From NCBI GenBank assembly GCA_964476125.1, contig CAYZAE010000002.1, positions 52,395 to 116,394 of the forward strand: a DNA stretch of 64,000 nucleotides, written 5' to 3'. Numbering within the stretch: the stretch's first letter is position 1; each line of letters starts with the position of its first letter. Of the stretch, positions 28,828-38,923 are shown piece after piece. Source of the stretch: an uncultured Verrucomicrobiota bacterium. Its GTDB lineage: Bacteria; Verrucomicrobiota; Verrucomicrobiia; Limisphaerales; CAIMTB01. The position numbers were made by a program, and so were the translations under genes. Below the pieces are notes generated by a model. It was not told where the DNA came from. It worked only from the letters and a program-made list of their open reading frames with translations, and did no database searches.

Positions 28828-30387
28828 TTACGGACGAGCTGCGACGAACCGTTGAGCATCCCCAGCGGGTCCGAGCATCGCCTTGATCAGGCCGTCGAGG
28901 TTGTGGGGATTGGCCTCGACGGTGGGTTTGACGCCTAGATTGGCGAGTGTGCGGGTCGTTTCCGGGCCGATGGAGGCCACCCGCAGGGTCGGGTGGCGGA
29001 GCACCAGATCCTTGAGTGGCACCCGCGCGTTCAGGTGGGTCACGGTGGAACTGCTGGTGAAGGTGATCCAGTCGGCGCCCTTCTCGCGCAACGACGCGAC
29101 CAGCGGTTCGGCGATCTCGGTCTCGGGCACGGTCCGGTAGAACGAGACGTCATCGACGATCGCGCCGTTCGCCTCGAGTTCCCGGCTGACGTCGGGATTG
29201 CCGACCTCGGCCCGGGCCAGCAGGACGCGCAGGTTCTCCAGGGATTCCGTTTTGCCGATGGCGTCGGCGACGGCGCGCCCGACGAAATCGGCGGGCTGGG
29301 CATCCACGCGCAGCCGGTATTCGCGGATGCGGGCGGCGGTGGCGGAGCCGACGGCGGCGATGCGCAGGTTCCCGAGCGATCGGACGTCCTCGAACGCGGC
29401 GAGCAGTCCGTCGAGGAAGGCGTTCACGCCATTCACGCTGGTGAACACGATCCAGTCGTACTCTCCGAGCCCGGCCAGGGCCTCGATCATCGGTTCCCGT
29501 TCCGTGGGGTGGCTGGTCCGGATGGTGGGGATTTCGAGCACTTCGGCCCCGAGTTCGGCGAGGCGTCCGGCGAATTCACCCGCCTGCTCGCGGGCCCGCG
29601 TGACAACGATCCGTTTGCCGAAGAGCGGTCGGGCCTCGAACCAGGCCAGTTCGGAGCGAAGCTTGACGACCTCGCCGATCACGGCCACCGCGGGCGATTG
29701 GAATCCGACGGCCGCGGATTTGGCGGCGATGTCGCCGAGCACCCCTTCGAGGGTTTGCTGGGAACCGAGGGTTCCGTTGCGGATGAGCGCCACGGGCGTG
29801 CTGGCCGGCTGCCCGGCTTCGATCAGGCTGGCCGAGATGCGGTCGAGCCGTTCAACGCCCATGAGCACCACCTTGGTTCCGTGCAGACGGGCGACTTCGG
29901 CCCAGTTGACCGCCGCTTCGCCGCGGGCGGGATCCTCGTGTCCGGTGACCACCGTGAAGGCGGAGGCGCAGTTGCGGTGGGTGAGGGGAATGCCGGCGTA
30001 GGCGGGCACGGCCGAGAAGGAGGAGACGCCCGGCACCACCTCGAAGGGAATACCGTGACGGGCCAGGTCCTCGGCCTCCTCGCCGCCGCGGCCGAAGACA
30101 TAGGGGTCCCCGCCCTTGAGCCGGACAACGGTCCGCCCGGCCTTGGCGTGTTCGACCAGCAGCCGGTTGAGCGTTTCCTGCCGCAGGGTGCGATCGGAGG
30201 CGACCTTGGCGGCATCGATGATTTCGGCGCCCGTGCGCGCGTGCCGCAGAAGGGCGGGGTTGACCAGGACGTCATGGATGACGACATCGGCGCGGCCGAG
30301 AAGTTCGGCGGCGCGCAGCGTCAGCAGTCCGGGGTCTCCGGGGCCGGCACCGACGAGAAACACGGTGCCTGTCTTCGTTTTCGACAT
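28828..30387 (-). CDS. cobA/hemD: fused uroporphyrinogen-III C-methyltransferase / uroporphyrinogen-III synthase
   Basis: The N-terminal VFLVGAGPGDPGLLTLRAAELLGRADVVIHD and GGDPYVFGRGGEE are SUMT motifs. The C-terminal roughly 250 aa (IVVTRAREQAGEF...) is HemD-like. Confidence 0.9.
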   Translation of the reverse strand: MSKTKTGTVFLVGAGPGDPGLLTLRAAELLGRADVVIHDVLVNPALLRHARTGAEIIDAAKVASDRTLRQETLNRLLVEHAKAGRTVVRLKGGDPYVFGRGGEEAEDLARHGIPFEVVPGVSSFSAVPAYAGIPLTHRNCASAFTVVTGHEDPARGEAAVNWAEVARLHGTKVVLMGVERLDRISASLIEAGQPASTPVALIRNGTLGSQQTLEGVLGDIAAKSAAVGFQSPAVAVIGEVVKLRSELAWFEARPLFGKRIVVTRAREQAGEFAGRLAELGAEVLEIPTIRTSHPTEREPMIEALAGLGEYDWIVFTSVNGVNAFLDGLLAAFEDVRSLGNLRIAAVGSATAARIREYRLRVDAQPADFVGRAVADAIGKTESLENLRVLLARAEVGNPDVSRELEANGAIVDDVSFYRTVPETEIAEPLVASLREKGADWITFTSSSTVTHLNARVPLKDLVLRHPTLRVASIGPETTRTLANLGVKPTVEANPHNLDGLIKAMLGPAGDAQRFVAARP

Positions 30388-30420
30388 GGGGAAAAGGGTA
30401 GGGCGGGAGGGCCCGGGGTG

Positions 30421-32142
30421 TCAGGGGATAACCTCGTGCCGGCCGGCGAGCCGGGTTTCGAGGCGGGTGAACATGTCTTCGAGCAGCGACTTGTCGGCGG
30501 CCTGGATCACCGCCAGGAATTCCTCGGCGTCATGCAGGCGGGAGACGTTCACATGACTTGCGCCGGCGGCCTTGAGACGGGCCACGTCGGTGAGCAGTTC
30601 GGCGTGGGCAACGATCGCGGCGTCGGGATTGAGGCGGCGGACGGTTTCGACCAGCCGGAGATTGTTCGCGCCCCGGAGAACGGTGTTGGCGAGGGTGCAG
30701 AGCACCAGCCGCGCGTTCTTGATGCCGGAGTGTTCGAGCGTGTCGCGCTGGGTGATGTCGCCCCAGATGGCATGGACGCCGGCGGCCTTGAGCCTGCGAT
30801 GCACCTCCGGGTTGAAGTCGATGACCACCAGCCGGGGGAGCAGTTCCGGGGCCCGGCGCTGGATCTCCTCCAGCAGGGAACTGGCCGTCCAGGAGAAGCC
30901 GAGCAGGAAGATGTCGCCGGTCGGTGCGTGCGCGGTGGCCGGGACCGAGGCGTCATCGGAGCCATCCCCGAGCCCGAGTTGGCGCAGACGGGGTTCGATC
31001 CGGCGGAAGAGGCGGTCGGACCAGTTGATGCCGTAGCTTCCGAGCACGGCGAGAATGAAGAAGGCGTCGACCAGCGGTGCGAACACGGAGCGGTCGACGT
31101 GTTGCGATTGGATTCCCAGAGCGGCGATGACCAGGGCGAATTCGCTGAGGGGCAGGAGGTTGAGGGAGGTGAGGAAACCGACGCGGTTCCCCATGCCCAC
31201 GAGCCGGAGAGGCACCATGACAGTGAGGAAGCGGCTGACGACGATGAAGCCGACGACGAGGACGGCGATGCCGAAGGGCCTTAGTTCAGGAGGGGGAATG
31301 GTCAGGCCGAGCCCGACGAAGAACAGGGTGATGAAGAAGTCCCGGAGGCTGGTGACCTTGGCGGCGACGTCGAGGTGATAGGGGAAGGTGGAGATGGCCG
31401 AGCCGGCCACCAGGGCGCCCATTTCGCGGGACAGTCCGAGCGAATGCGCGAGGGCGGCAATGATGAAGCACCAGGCGAGGGAGCCCACCACGACCAGTTC
31501 CGGCAGCGTGGCGATGCGATGAAAGAGGGTGGGAAGCACGTACCGGCTGGCGCCAAGGGCGATGCCGATCAGGGCGGCAATCTTGGCGAAGGTCAGCAGG
31601 ATGACGCCGAAGGACGGGTTCGAGAGCGCGGGCTGGACTCCGAGAAAAATGATCACCGCGATGTCCTGAATCACGGAAAGCCCGATGCTGATCCGCCCGG
31701 CCAGGGTATCCAACTCCCGCTTGTCGGTCAGGATCTTGACGGCGATCACCGTGCTGCTCACCACGGCACCCACCGCGAGGTAAAGGGCATCGAATCGGCC
31801 GCCGCCCAGCGGGAAGCCAAGTCCGCGAAACACCAGGATTCCCAGGCCGAACGTTCCCAGGATCTGGACCAGTCCGGTCACCGCAATCGCGCGTCCTGAT
31901 CCGAACACCCGCTTGAGATCGATCTCCAGCCCGATGACGAACAGCAGGAGGATCAGGCCGATGGCGGCGATGGATTCGACCGATTTTTCATCCGTGACCC
32001 AGCCGAACCCGGACGGCCCGATGGCGTAGCCGGCGATCAGATACCCCAGCAGCACGGGTTGCCGCAGCACTTGGGCAACCACGCCGAAGAGCCAGGCGAC
32101 CACGATGCAAATGGCGATGTCCGTGAGGGCGCTATGTTCCAT
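30421..32142 (-). CDS. CPA2-family cation:proton antiporter with a C-terminal RCK/TrkA-N domain (Kef-like)
   Basis: About 12 TM helices starting LLGYLIAGYAIGPSGFG, then a Rossmann-type IFLLGFSWTASSLL...VVIDFNPE segment. Confidence 0.85.
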   Translation of the reverse strand: MEHSALTDIAICIVVAWLFGVVAQVLRQPVLLGYLIAGYAIGPSGFGWVTDEKSVESIAAIGLILLLFVIGLEIDLKRVFGSGRAIAVTGLVQILGTFGLGILVFRGLGFPLGGGRFDALYLAVGAVVSSTVIAVKILTDKRELDTLAGRISIGLSVIQDIAVIIFLGVQPALSNPSFGVILLTFAKIAALIGIALGASRYVLPTLFHRIATLPELVVVGSLAWCFIIAALAHSLGLSREMGALVAGSAISTFPYHLDVAAKVTSLRDFFITLFFVGLGLTIPPPELRPFGIAVLVVGFIVVSRFLTVMVPLRLVGMGNRVGFLTSLNLLPLSEFALVIAALGIQSQHVDRSVFAPLVDAFFILAVLGSYGINWSDRLFRRIEPRLRQLGLGDGSDDASVPATAHAPTGDIFLLGFSWTASSLLEEIQRRAPELLPRLVVIDFNPEVHRRLKAAGVHAIWGDITQRDTLEHSGIKNARLVLCTLANTVLRGANNLRLVETVRRLNPDAAIVAHAELLTDVARLKAAGASHVNVSRLHDAEEFLAVIQAADKSLLEDMFTRLETRLAGRHEVIP

Positions 32143-32228
32143 CGCAGGCGCGACGCTAACGGGGCCGATACCGGTTCAGCCAGCAAACCTTGCCTCGCGG
32201 CCCGGGGGTTTTTAAGACTCCGTCCGCG

Positions 32229-33566
32229 ATGCTCGATATCAAACTTGTGCGGGAGCGGACGGATTTCGTGAAGGAGCGCCTGTCGACACGCGGCGCCGGG
32301 GACGAGGGACGGATCGACGAGGCGCTGGCGCTCGACGAGGTGCGACGTTCCAAACTGGCGGAGGCGGAAAAGCTGAAGGCGCAGCGGAACGCGGCCTCGA
32401 AGGAGATCGGGGCGCTGATGGGACAGAAGAAGGTGGCGGAGGCGGAGGCGCGGAAGGCCGAGGTGCGGACGATCGGGGATCGTATCGCGGCGCTGGATCG
32501 GGAGGTGGCGGAGGTGGAGGCCAAACGGGATGATCTCCTGCTGCGGATTCCGAACCTGCCGCATGCCGGGGTGGTGATTGGCCGGACGGCGGAGGATAAT
32601 CCCGTGATCCGGACCTGGGGCGAGGTGCCGAAGTTCGATTTCACGCCGAAAGCCCACGTGGAAATTTGTGAGCGATTGAAGCTCATCGATTTCGCCCGGG
32701 GCGCGAAGCTTTCGGGCAGCGGATTCCTGCTCTACACGGGGTGGGGGGCGCGGTTGGAGCGGGCGCTGATCCAGTTCCTGCTCGATCTGCACACCCGGGA
32801 ACATGGGTACACCGAGGTTTCGCCGCCGTTCGTGGTGGGCCAGCATTGCATGGTCGGTGTGTGGCAGTTGCCCAAGTTCGCGGACCAGGCGTATGCGGTG
32901 CGCGAGGGCATGGACGATTCGACGCTGGGCAAGCTGTACCTCATCCCCACGGCCGAGGCGCCGGTGGCCAACATCCACCGCGAAGAGCTGCTGGCAGCCG
33001 ACCAGCTGCCGATCCGTTACGTGGCCTACAGCCCGTGTTTCCGCGCCGAAGCCGGTGCGGCGGGGGTCGGCACCCGCGGCATGATCCGGGTGCACCAGTT
33101 CGACAAGGTGGAGCTCATCAAGATTGTCAGGCCCGAGGACGGGTACGCGGAACTCGAGGCCCTGGTGGGCAACGCCGAGCGCGTGCTGAAGTCCCTGGGC
33201 CTCCATTACCGCGTGATCCAGCTTTGCTCCGGCGACATGGGCTTCGCCAGCGCCATGACCTACGACATCGAGTTGTGGTCGCCGGGCCAGGGCACCTGGC
33301 TGGAGGTGTCGAGCTGTTCCAATTGCGAGGATTTCCAGGCCCGCCGCATGAACCTGCGGTTCAAGGAGGCCGACGGGCACAATCGCTTTCCGCACATCCT
33401 GAACGGCAGCGGCACGGCGCTGGCCCGGTTGTTCGTGGCCCTGATTGAATCCGGTCAGCAGGCGGACGGCACCGTGGTGGTTCCCGAGGTTCTCAGGCCC
33501 TACCTGGGAGCCGACCGCATTCCGCTTCCGACCCGGACGGAGGCGGCGAAGCCAACCGGCAACTGA
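32229..33566 (+). CDS. serS: serine--tRNA ligase
   Basis: ORF 32190..33566 trimmed to ATG 32229 (MLDIKLVRE...). Coiled-coil N-terminus, then class II motifs: LIPTAEAPV, FRAEAGAAG, HQFDKVE, NGSGTALARL. Confidence 0.95.
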   Translation: MLDIKLVRERTDFVKERLSTRGAGDEGRIDEALALDEVRRSKLAEAEKLKAQRNAASKEIGALMGQKKVAEAEARKAEVRTIGDRIAALDREVAEVEAKRDDLLLRIPNLPHAGVVIGRTAEDNPVIRTWGEVPKFDFTPKAHVEICERLKLIDFARGAKLSGSGFLLYTGWGARLERALIQFLLDLHTREHGYTEVSPPFVVGQHCMVGVWQLPKFADQAYAVREGMDDSTLGKLYLIPTAEAPVANIHREELLAADQLPIRYVAYSPCFRAEAGAAGVGTRGMIRVHQFDKVELIKIVRPEDGYAELEALVGNAERVLKSLGLHYRVIQLCSGDMGFASAMTYDIELWSPGQGTWLEVSSCSNCEDFQARRMNLRFKEADGHNRFPHILNGSGTALARLFVALIESGQQADGTVVVPEVLRPYLGADRIPLPTRTEAAKPTGN

Positions 33567-33663
33567 TTGAGACCCGCGCCTGCCCGGGGCTTGCGCCCGG
33601 GAAGCCCGGATCCCGTGTTCCGCGGGATGACGGAGGCGCGGGGCCCACTCCCCAGCAAAGCCT

Positions 33664-35106
33664 ATGCGAGTCCTTCTGGCAGCGAGCGAACTCCACCCGT
33701 ACTCGAAGACGGGGGGGCTGGCGGACATGGTGGGGGCCCTGGCCAAGAATCTGGCGTCGGCGGGCCACCGCGTCGGGGTAGTGACCCCGTTGTACCGGTC
33801 GATCTGGAATCGGCATTCGCCCCGGCGGATGGAATGGCAGATGGACCTCCCGCTTGGGGACGGCCGCATGGCGCCCGAGATCTGGACCCTTGAGCCGGCG
33901 CCGAACCTGACTGTCTACTTCGTTCATCTGCCGAGGCATTTTGATCGGGACGGCATTTACGGGGACGCCACGGCGCCGTATCCCGACAACGCCGAGCGCT
34001 TCATCGCCTTCAGCAAGGCGGCCGTGCATCTGGCGAGGTACCTCCCGTGGCGACCCGAGGTGGTGCACGGGCACGACTGGCAGACCGGTCTGGTGCCGCT
34101 CCTGATCCGGCATCAGGCGCTGCGCGAGGGCTGGGTCGCTCCGCCCCGGACCGTGCTCACCATTCACAACCTCGCGTACCAGGGCGTGTTTGGTCGCGAG
34201 GCGTATGCCCTCATGAACCTGCCCCCCGATTATCTCGTGCCCGCTGGGGTCGAGTGGCACGGCGGCATCAACCTGCTGAAAACCGGACTCATCTATTCGG
34301 ATGCCCTCACCACGGTGAGCCCTCGGTACGCCCGGGAAATCGGGACCCCGGAGTTCGGGGAACACCTCGACGGGTTGATCCGCGAACGACGGTCAGTGAT
34401 GCGGGGGATTCTCAACGGGGTCGATTACGACGAATGGCGGACGGTCGGGAATCCGTATCTGGCCTTCCCGTTCTCCCTCGAGGATCCGAGCGGAAAAGCC
34501 CTGAACAAGGCGGCGATCCAGGCGGAACTTGGGTTGGTGGCGGATGCCTCGATCCCGTTGTTCGGAACCGTGGGGCGCCTGGCGGAGCAAAAGGGCGTTG
34601 ATCTGATTCTCGGGGCCCTCGAGGAAATGCTTTCCGTGCCCATGCAGTTCGTCGCCCTGGGCACCGGACAGCCGGAGTTCCAGGCGGCTCTCACAGCACT
34701 GGCAAGGCGCCATCCCAGACAGGTCAGCGTACGCATCGGTTTCGACGGCGCCCTGTCGCACCGGATCGAGGCCGGGTGCGATTTCTTCGTCATGCCATCG
34801 AGGTTTGAACCCTGCGGACTGAACCAGATGTACAGCCTCCGGTATGGGACCATCCCGATCGTCCGCCGGACCGGCGGGCTTGACGATTCGGTGGCGGACT
34901 ACCGGGAGGATCCGGAGCATGCGAACGGCATCAAGTTCGACGAGTACTCGGGGCGGGCCCTGGCCAAGGCGATGCGAAAGGCCCTGGCGCTCTATGCCCA
35001 ACCCGACTGGCTGGAGCACTACCGCCGCAACGCCATGGGCGCCGATTTTTCCTGGGACCGCACCCGCGTGGAATACGAGCAGGTCTACCGCGGCTTTTCG
35101 AAGTGA
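33664..35106 (+). CDS. glgA: glycogen synthase (ADP-glucose type)
   Basis: MRVLLAASELHPYSKTGGLADMVGALAKNL contains the KTGGL motif. Also IHNLAYQG and PSRFEPCGLNQMY. Confidence 0.95.
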   Translation: MRVLLAASELHPYSKTGGLADMVGALAKNLASAGHRVGVVTPLYRSIWNRHSPRRMEWQMDLPLGDGRMAPEIWTLEPAPNLTVYFVHLPRHFDRDGIYGDATAPYPDNAERFIAFSKAAVHLARYLPWRPEVVHGHDWQTGLVPLLIRHQALREGWVAPPRTVLTIHNLAYQGVFGREAYALMNLPPDYLVPAGVEWHGGINLLKTGLIYSDALTTVSPRYAREIGTPEFGEHLDGLIRERRSVMRGILNGVDYDEWRTVGNPYLAFPFSLEDPSGKALNKAAIQAELGLVADASIPLFGTVGRLAEQKGVDLILGALEEMLSVPMQFVALGTGQPEFQAALTALARRHPRQVSVRIGFDGALSHRIEAGCDFFVMPSRFEPCGLNQMYSLRYGTIPIVRRTGGLDDSVADYREDPEHANGIKFDEYSGRALAKAMRKALALYAQPDWLEHYRRNAMGADFSWDRTRVEYEQVYRGFSK

Positions 35107-35137
35107 TCCGGCGCGTCCGGCGGGTTAGGGTACGTCC

Positions 35138-36337
35138 GTGGCGCGCGTTTTTGACTCCATCGAGGCGGTTCTGGAAGACCTTCAGCGGGGACGCATGGTC
35201 ATCGTCGTCGACGATGCCGACCGGGAGAACGAGGGGGACCTGATCATGGCGGCGGAGAAGGTGACGCCGGCGGGCATCAATTTCATGGCGAAATTCGGGC
35301 GCGGATTGATCTGCGTTCCGGCGACCTCGGAACGGCTGGTCCAGCTGGGCATCGATCGCATGGTGGTCCAAAACCGGGAATCCTTCCGGACCGACTTCCA
35401 GGTCAGCGTCGATGCGGCGGCCGGGATCACCACCGGGATCAGTGCGGCGGACCGGGCCAAGACCATTCGGGTGATGGCGGATCCGACCGCGGTGCCGGCG
35501 GATCTGGTCCAGCCGGGCCATGTTTTTCCGCTGCGGGCGAAGCCGGGCGGTGTCTTGCAGCGGGCCGGGCACACCGAGGCGGCCGTCGATCTGGCGCGCC
35601 TGGCGGGTTGCCGGCCCATCGGGGTGATCTGCGAGATCATGGACGAGGACGGCACCATGATGCGGTTGCCGAAGCTGCGGAAGTTCGCCCGCCGCCATAA
35701 GCTGAAGATCTGTTCGATCGAGGACCTGATCGAGTTCCGGCGGACGAGGGAGAAGCTCATCGAACGGGTTGAATCCGTCCGCATGCCCACGGTTTACGGT
35801 GATTTCAACCTGGTCCTGTACCATGCGCTGACCGACGGGAAGCATCATGTGGCCCTGGTTTACGGGGATGTTTCGGGAGCGACCGATGTCTTGGTGCGGG
35901 TCCATAGCGAGTGCCTGACGGGCGATGTCTTTGGGTCGATGCGCTGCGACTGCGGTCCCCAGCTCCAGCATGCGCTCAAGCAGATCGCCGAGGCGGGGCG
36001 GGGGGTGCTGGTGTACATGCGCCAGGAGGGGCGCGGCATCGGCCTGGCGCCGAAGATCCTGGCCTACAAACTTCAGGAAAACGGCTACGACACCGTGGAA
36101 GCCAATCTCGAACTCGGCTACCCGATGGATCTGCGGGAATACGGGATCGGGGCTCAGATCCTGGTTGACCTGGGGCTGCGGAAGATCCGGCTTCTGACCA
36201 ATAACCCGAGGAAACTCGTGGGATTGGAGGGGTACGGACTGGAGATCGTGGGACAGGTCCCCATCCGCGTCCGGCCCAATCCGCACAACCGCCGTTACCT
36301 CAAGACCAAACGCGAGAAGCTAGGCCACTTGCTCTAG
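35138..36337 (+). CDS. ribBA: bifunctional 3,4-dihydroxy-2-butanone-4-phosphate synthase / GTP cyclohydrolase II
   Basis: VVDDADRENEGDLIMAAE is the DHBP synthase motif. VHSECLTGDVFGSMRCDCGPQL and YMRQEGRGIGL are GCH II motifs. Confidence 0.95.
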   Translation: MARVFDSIEAVLEDLQRGRMVIVVDDADRENEGDLIMAAEKVTPAGINFMAKFGRGLICVPATSERLVQLGIDRMVVQNRESFRTDFQVSVDAAAGITTGISAADRAKTIRVMADPTAVPADLVQPGHVFPLRAKPGGVLQRAGHTEAAVDLARLAGCRPIGVICEIMDEDGTMMRLPKLRKFARRHKLKICSIEDLIEFRRTREKLIERVESVRMPTVYGDFNLVLYHALTDGKHHVALVYGDVSGATDVLVRVHSECLTGDVFGSMRCDCGPQLQHALKQIAEAGRGVLVYMRQEGRGIGLAPKILAYKLQENGYDTVEANLELGYPMDLREYGIGAQILVDLGLRKIRLLTNNPRKLVGLEGYGLEIVGQVPIRVRPNPHNRRYLKTKREKLGHLL

Positions 36338-36356
36338 GGGCCTCGGACGGGGCAGG

Positions 36357-36851
36357 ATGACCGGGATGCTGAAGCGCGTAACGAAGGCGGGTCCCAAGGC
36401 CTCGGGCTTGCGGGTTGCGGTGGTTGCGTCCGAATACAATCGCCGCCATGTGGACGGGCTCGTGGATGGTGCCTTGCGGGTTTTGAAGGAATCTGGAGTC
36501 GAGGTGGAGGTGGTCCGGGTTCCGGGGGCCTTCGAAATCCCGGTGACGGTGGAAACCCTGCTGCGGGGGCGTCGTCCCAAGGTTTCGGCGATCCTGGCCC
36601 TGGGCGTGATCATCCGGGGTGAGACCGCGCATGCCGATCTGGTGGGGGGAGCGGTCACCCAGGCGCTGATGGAGATTTCGGTGCGCCACCGCATCCCGGT
36701 CATTCACGAGGTGCTGCTGGTGGCGAACCAGAAGCAGGCGGAGGTCCGGTGCCTGGATCCCCGATACAACCGGGGCGGCGAAGCGGCGACCACGGCCCTC
36801 TCCATGACCCGCACGCTGGGTCGTCTGATCACCGAGGGCGCGGGCCGTTGA
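36357..36851 (+). CDS. ribH: 6,7-dimethyl-8-ribityllumazine synthase
   Basis: VAVVASEYNRRHVDGL, VRVPGAFEIP and GVIIRGETAHADLV. Confidence 0.9.
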   Translation: MTGMLKRVTKAGPKASGLRVAVVASEYNRRHVDGLVDGALRVLKESGVEVEVVRVPGAFEIPVTVETLLRGRRPKVSAILALGVIIRGETAHADLVGGAVTQALMEISVRHRIPVIHEVLLVANQKQAEVRCLDPRYNRGGEAATTALSMTRTLGRLITEGAGR

Positions 36852-37014
36852 GCGGCTGCGATGCACCATCGTCGAAGAGCTCCCGAGCACTCCGCGCTTT
36901 ACAAGGGAACCCCCTAGCCGTTTTTCTATTGGGACGCGGCGGTTCCGATTGCCTGCCGCTCCCGAATAGACCCGACGCGGGTTCCGTCCATTGGATGGAA
37001 ATTCGGATGCAAAC

Positions 37015-37728
37015 ATGACCACCACCATCAAAATTCTTGCCGGCGCGCTTGTGCTCGCCGGTCTCGCCACCGCCAACGCCGCCGACATTGCCGGCAAAGT
37101 CACCCTGAAGGGGACTCCTCCCGCTGAGAAGGATCTGCCCCTGGATCCGGCCTGCGGAAAGCTCTGGCCCAAAGAAAAGCCCAAGACCCGCTTCTATTCG
37201 GTGGGGGCCGAGAGCGGTCTGGCCGACACGCTGGTTTACTTGAAGAAGGTGGACGGCAAGCCGGGCGAAGCGAGCAAGCCGGCCATGCTGGACCAAAAAG
37301 GTTGTGAATACGTCCCGTACGTCATCGGGGTTCAGACCGGGCAAAAGATCCTGATCCGCAATTCGGATCCCGTTCTGCACAACGTCCACGCCACTCCCAA
37401 GATCAACAAGGAGTTCAACCTCGCCCAGATGTCGGGTGGCAAGGACATCGAACGCTCGTTCGACCAATCCGAGGTGGTGGTTCGCTTCAAGTGCGATGTC
37501 CATCCCTGGATGTTCGCGTATGTCGGGGTCTTCCCGCACTCCTACTTCGCCGTTACCGACAAGGACGGAAATTTCAAGATCGAGGGCGTTCCCGCCGGCA
37601 AGTACTCGGTGGCCGCTTTTCATCGCAAGTCGCACGGGACCGAGGACAAGGCGGTGGTGCAGGAAGTCACCGTCGCCGATAAGGCCGTGACCGCGAACTT
37701 CTCGGTTGAGGTTGCCGCCGCCCAGTAA
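37015..37728 (+). CDS. secreted cupredoxin-like (type-1 copper ligand pattern) protein with a CarboxypepD_reg-like C-terminal domain
   Basis: ORF 36991..37728; the start at 37015 (MTTTIKILAGALVLAGLATANA) gives a clean signal peptide. HNVH ... CDVHPWM fits a His...Cys-x2-His-x2-Met blue-copper ligand set. The C-terminus is FAVTDKDGNFKIEGVPAGKYSV. Confidence 0.65.
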   Translation: MTTTIKILAGALVLAGLATANAADIAGKVTLKGTPPAEKDLPLDPACGKLWPKEKPKTRFYSVGAESGLADTLVYLKKVDGKPGEASKPAMLDQKGCEYVPYVIGVQTGQKILIRNSDPVLHNVHATPKINKEFNLAQMSGGKDIERSFDQSEVVVRFKCDVHPWMFAYVGVFPHSYFAVTDKDGNFKIEGVPAGKYSVAAFHRKSHGTEDKAVVQEVTVADKAVTANFSVEVAAAQ

Positions 37729-37825
37729 GGGCTCAAGGAATCCTCATTGGACTGGAGCTTGTTTCATTTGTATTGATTCTGTGGAGAGCCGCCGGGGTCA
37801 CACCTCGGCGGTTCCTTTTGCAGCG

Positions 37826-38923
37826 ATGGCCGTCGAACAGAAATCGCAAATCGGGATCAGCCGCTACGCCGCATTCACGGCGCTGATGACGCTGGGCCTG
37901 ATCGCATTGGGAGGGCTGGTGACCTCCCATGGCGTGGGCATGGCCGTACCCGACTGGCCGACCACCTACGGCTACAACATGTTCCTGTTCCCGATCTCCC
38001 AGTGGGTCGGGGGCATTTTTTACGAGCACACCCATCGGTTGTGGGCCTCGGGGGTAGGGTTCCTCACCATCGGTCTGGCGGTGCTTTTTCATTGGAAGGC
38101 CACGGATCGGCGTCTGGCTCGCCTGGCCTGGCTGGCCCTTGTCCTGGTGATCGTGCAGGGGATTCTGGGCGGGCTGCGCGTGAGCCTGATGAAGGATCAG
38201 ATCGGTGTTTTTCACGCGTCCCTGGCCCAGGCGTTTCTCGTTCTGCTGATTGGCCTGTCCGTGGCGACGTCCGCCTGGTGGCAGCGCTGGTGCGCCGCTC
38301 CGGTGGCCCTTCCGCGCGGGCTGGCCCGCTGGGTGGGATGGGTGACGGCCGCCATTTTTGTGCAACTGATCGTGGGCGCGTCCATGCGACATCAACACGC
38401 CGGTCTCGCCATTCCTGATTTTCCGCTCGCCTACGGCCGGTTGTGGCCGTCGGTCGACGAAGCCTTTCTTCAGCAGGTCAATGCCCTGCGAACCGATGTC
38501 CGGGATTTTCATCCGATCACCGCCGGGCAGATTCATCTGCACATGGTCCACCGGCTCCTGGGCCTGGCGCTCGGCGTGGCGGTGCTGGCGACTTCACGGG
38601 CTGTGCGGCGCGCGGCGGGGGCCTCCTCGACGGCGGGTCGTTGGGCGACGGCCTGGGGTGTTTTGATTCTTCTCCAGGCCAGTCTGGGTGCCTTCACGGT
38701 CTGGACCAACAAGGCGGCGGATATTGCCACGGCCCACGTCGTGACCGGTGCCGCCTGCCTGGCTGTCGGGGCGATTACCACGGCGCTTTGCCGGGTGGGG
38801 GCCCGCGCCAGCCAGACCTGCGGGGCAATCCTACCGACGGGAAGCTCCAGCAGGGTGACCCAGGGTGTCGGGTCTGATTTGGCCGCCGGTCGTCCGGTGG
38901 CGGTACAAGAGGTTCACGGATGA
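37826..38923 (+). CDS. ctaA: heme A synthase (COX15/CtaA family)
   Basis: ORF 37706..38923 trimmed to ATG 37826. GGLVTSHGVGMAVPDWPTTYG, YEHTHRLWA and HMVHRLLG, polytopic. Confidence 0.85.
   Translation: MAVEQKSQIGISRYAAFTALMTLGLIALGGLVTSHGVGMAVPDWPTTYGYNMFLFPISQWVGGIFYEHTHRLWASGVGFLTIGLAVLFHWKATDRRLARLAWLALVLVIVQGILGGLRVSLMKDQIGVFHASLAQAFLVLLIGLSVATSAWWQRWCAAPVALPRGLARWVGWVTAAIFVQLIVGASMRHQHAGLAIPDFPLAYGRLWPSVDEAFLQQVNALRTDVRDFHPITAGQIHLHMVHRLLGLALGVAVLATSRAVRRAAGASSTAGRWATAWGVLILLQASLGAFTVWTNKAADIATAHVVTGAACLAVGAITTALCRVGARASQTCGAILPTGSSSRVTQGVGSDLAAGRPVAVQEVHG

Noticed and set aside
35107-35137. Looked for an FMN riboswitch upstream of ribBA.
   Set aside because: Only 31 bp separate the glgA stop from the ribBA start, far too short for an FMN (RFN) element. 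None of the conserved RFN stems are visible.
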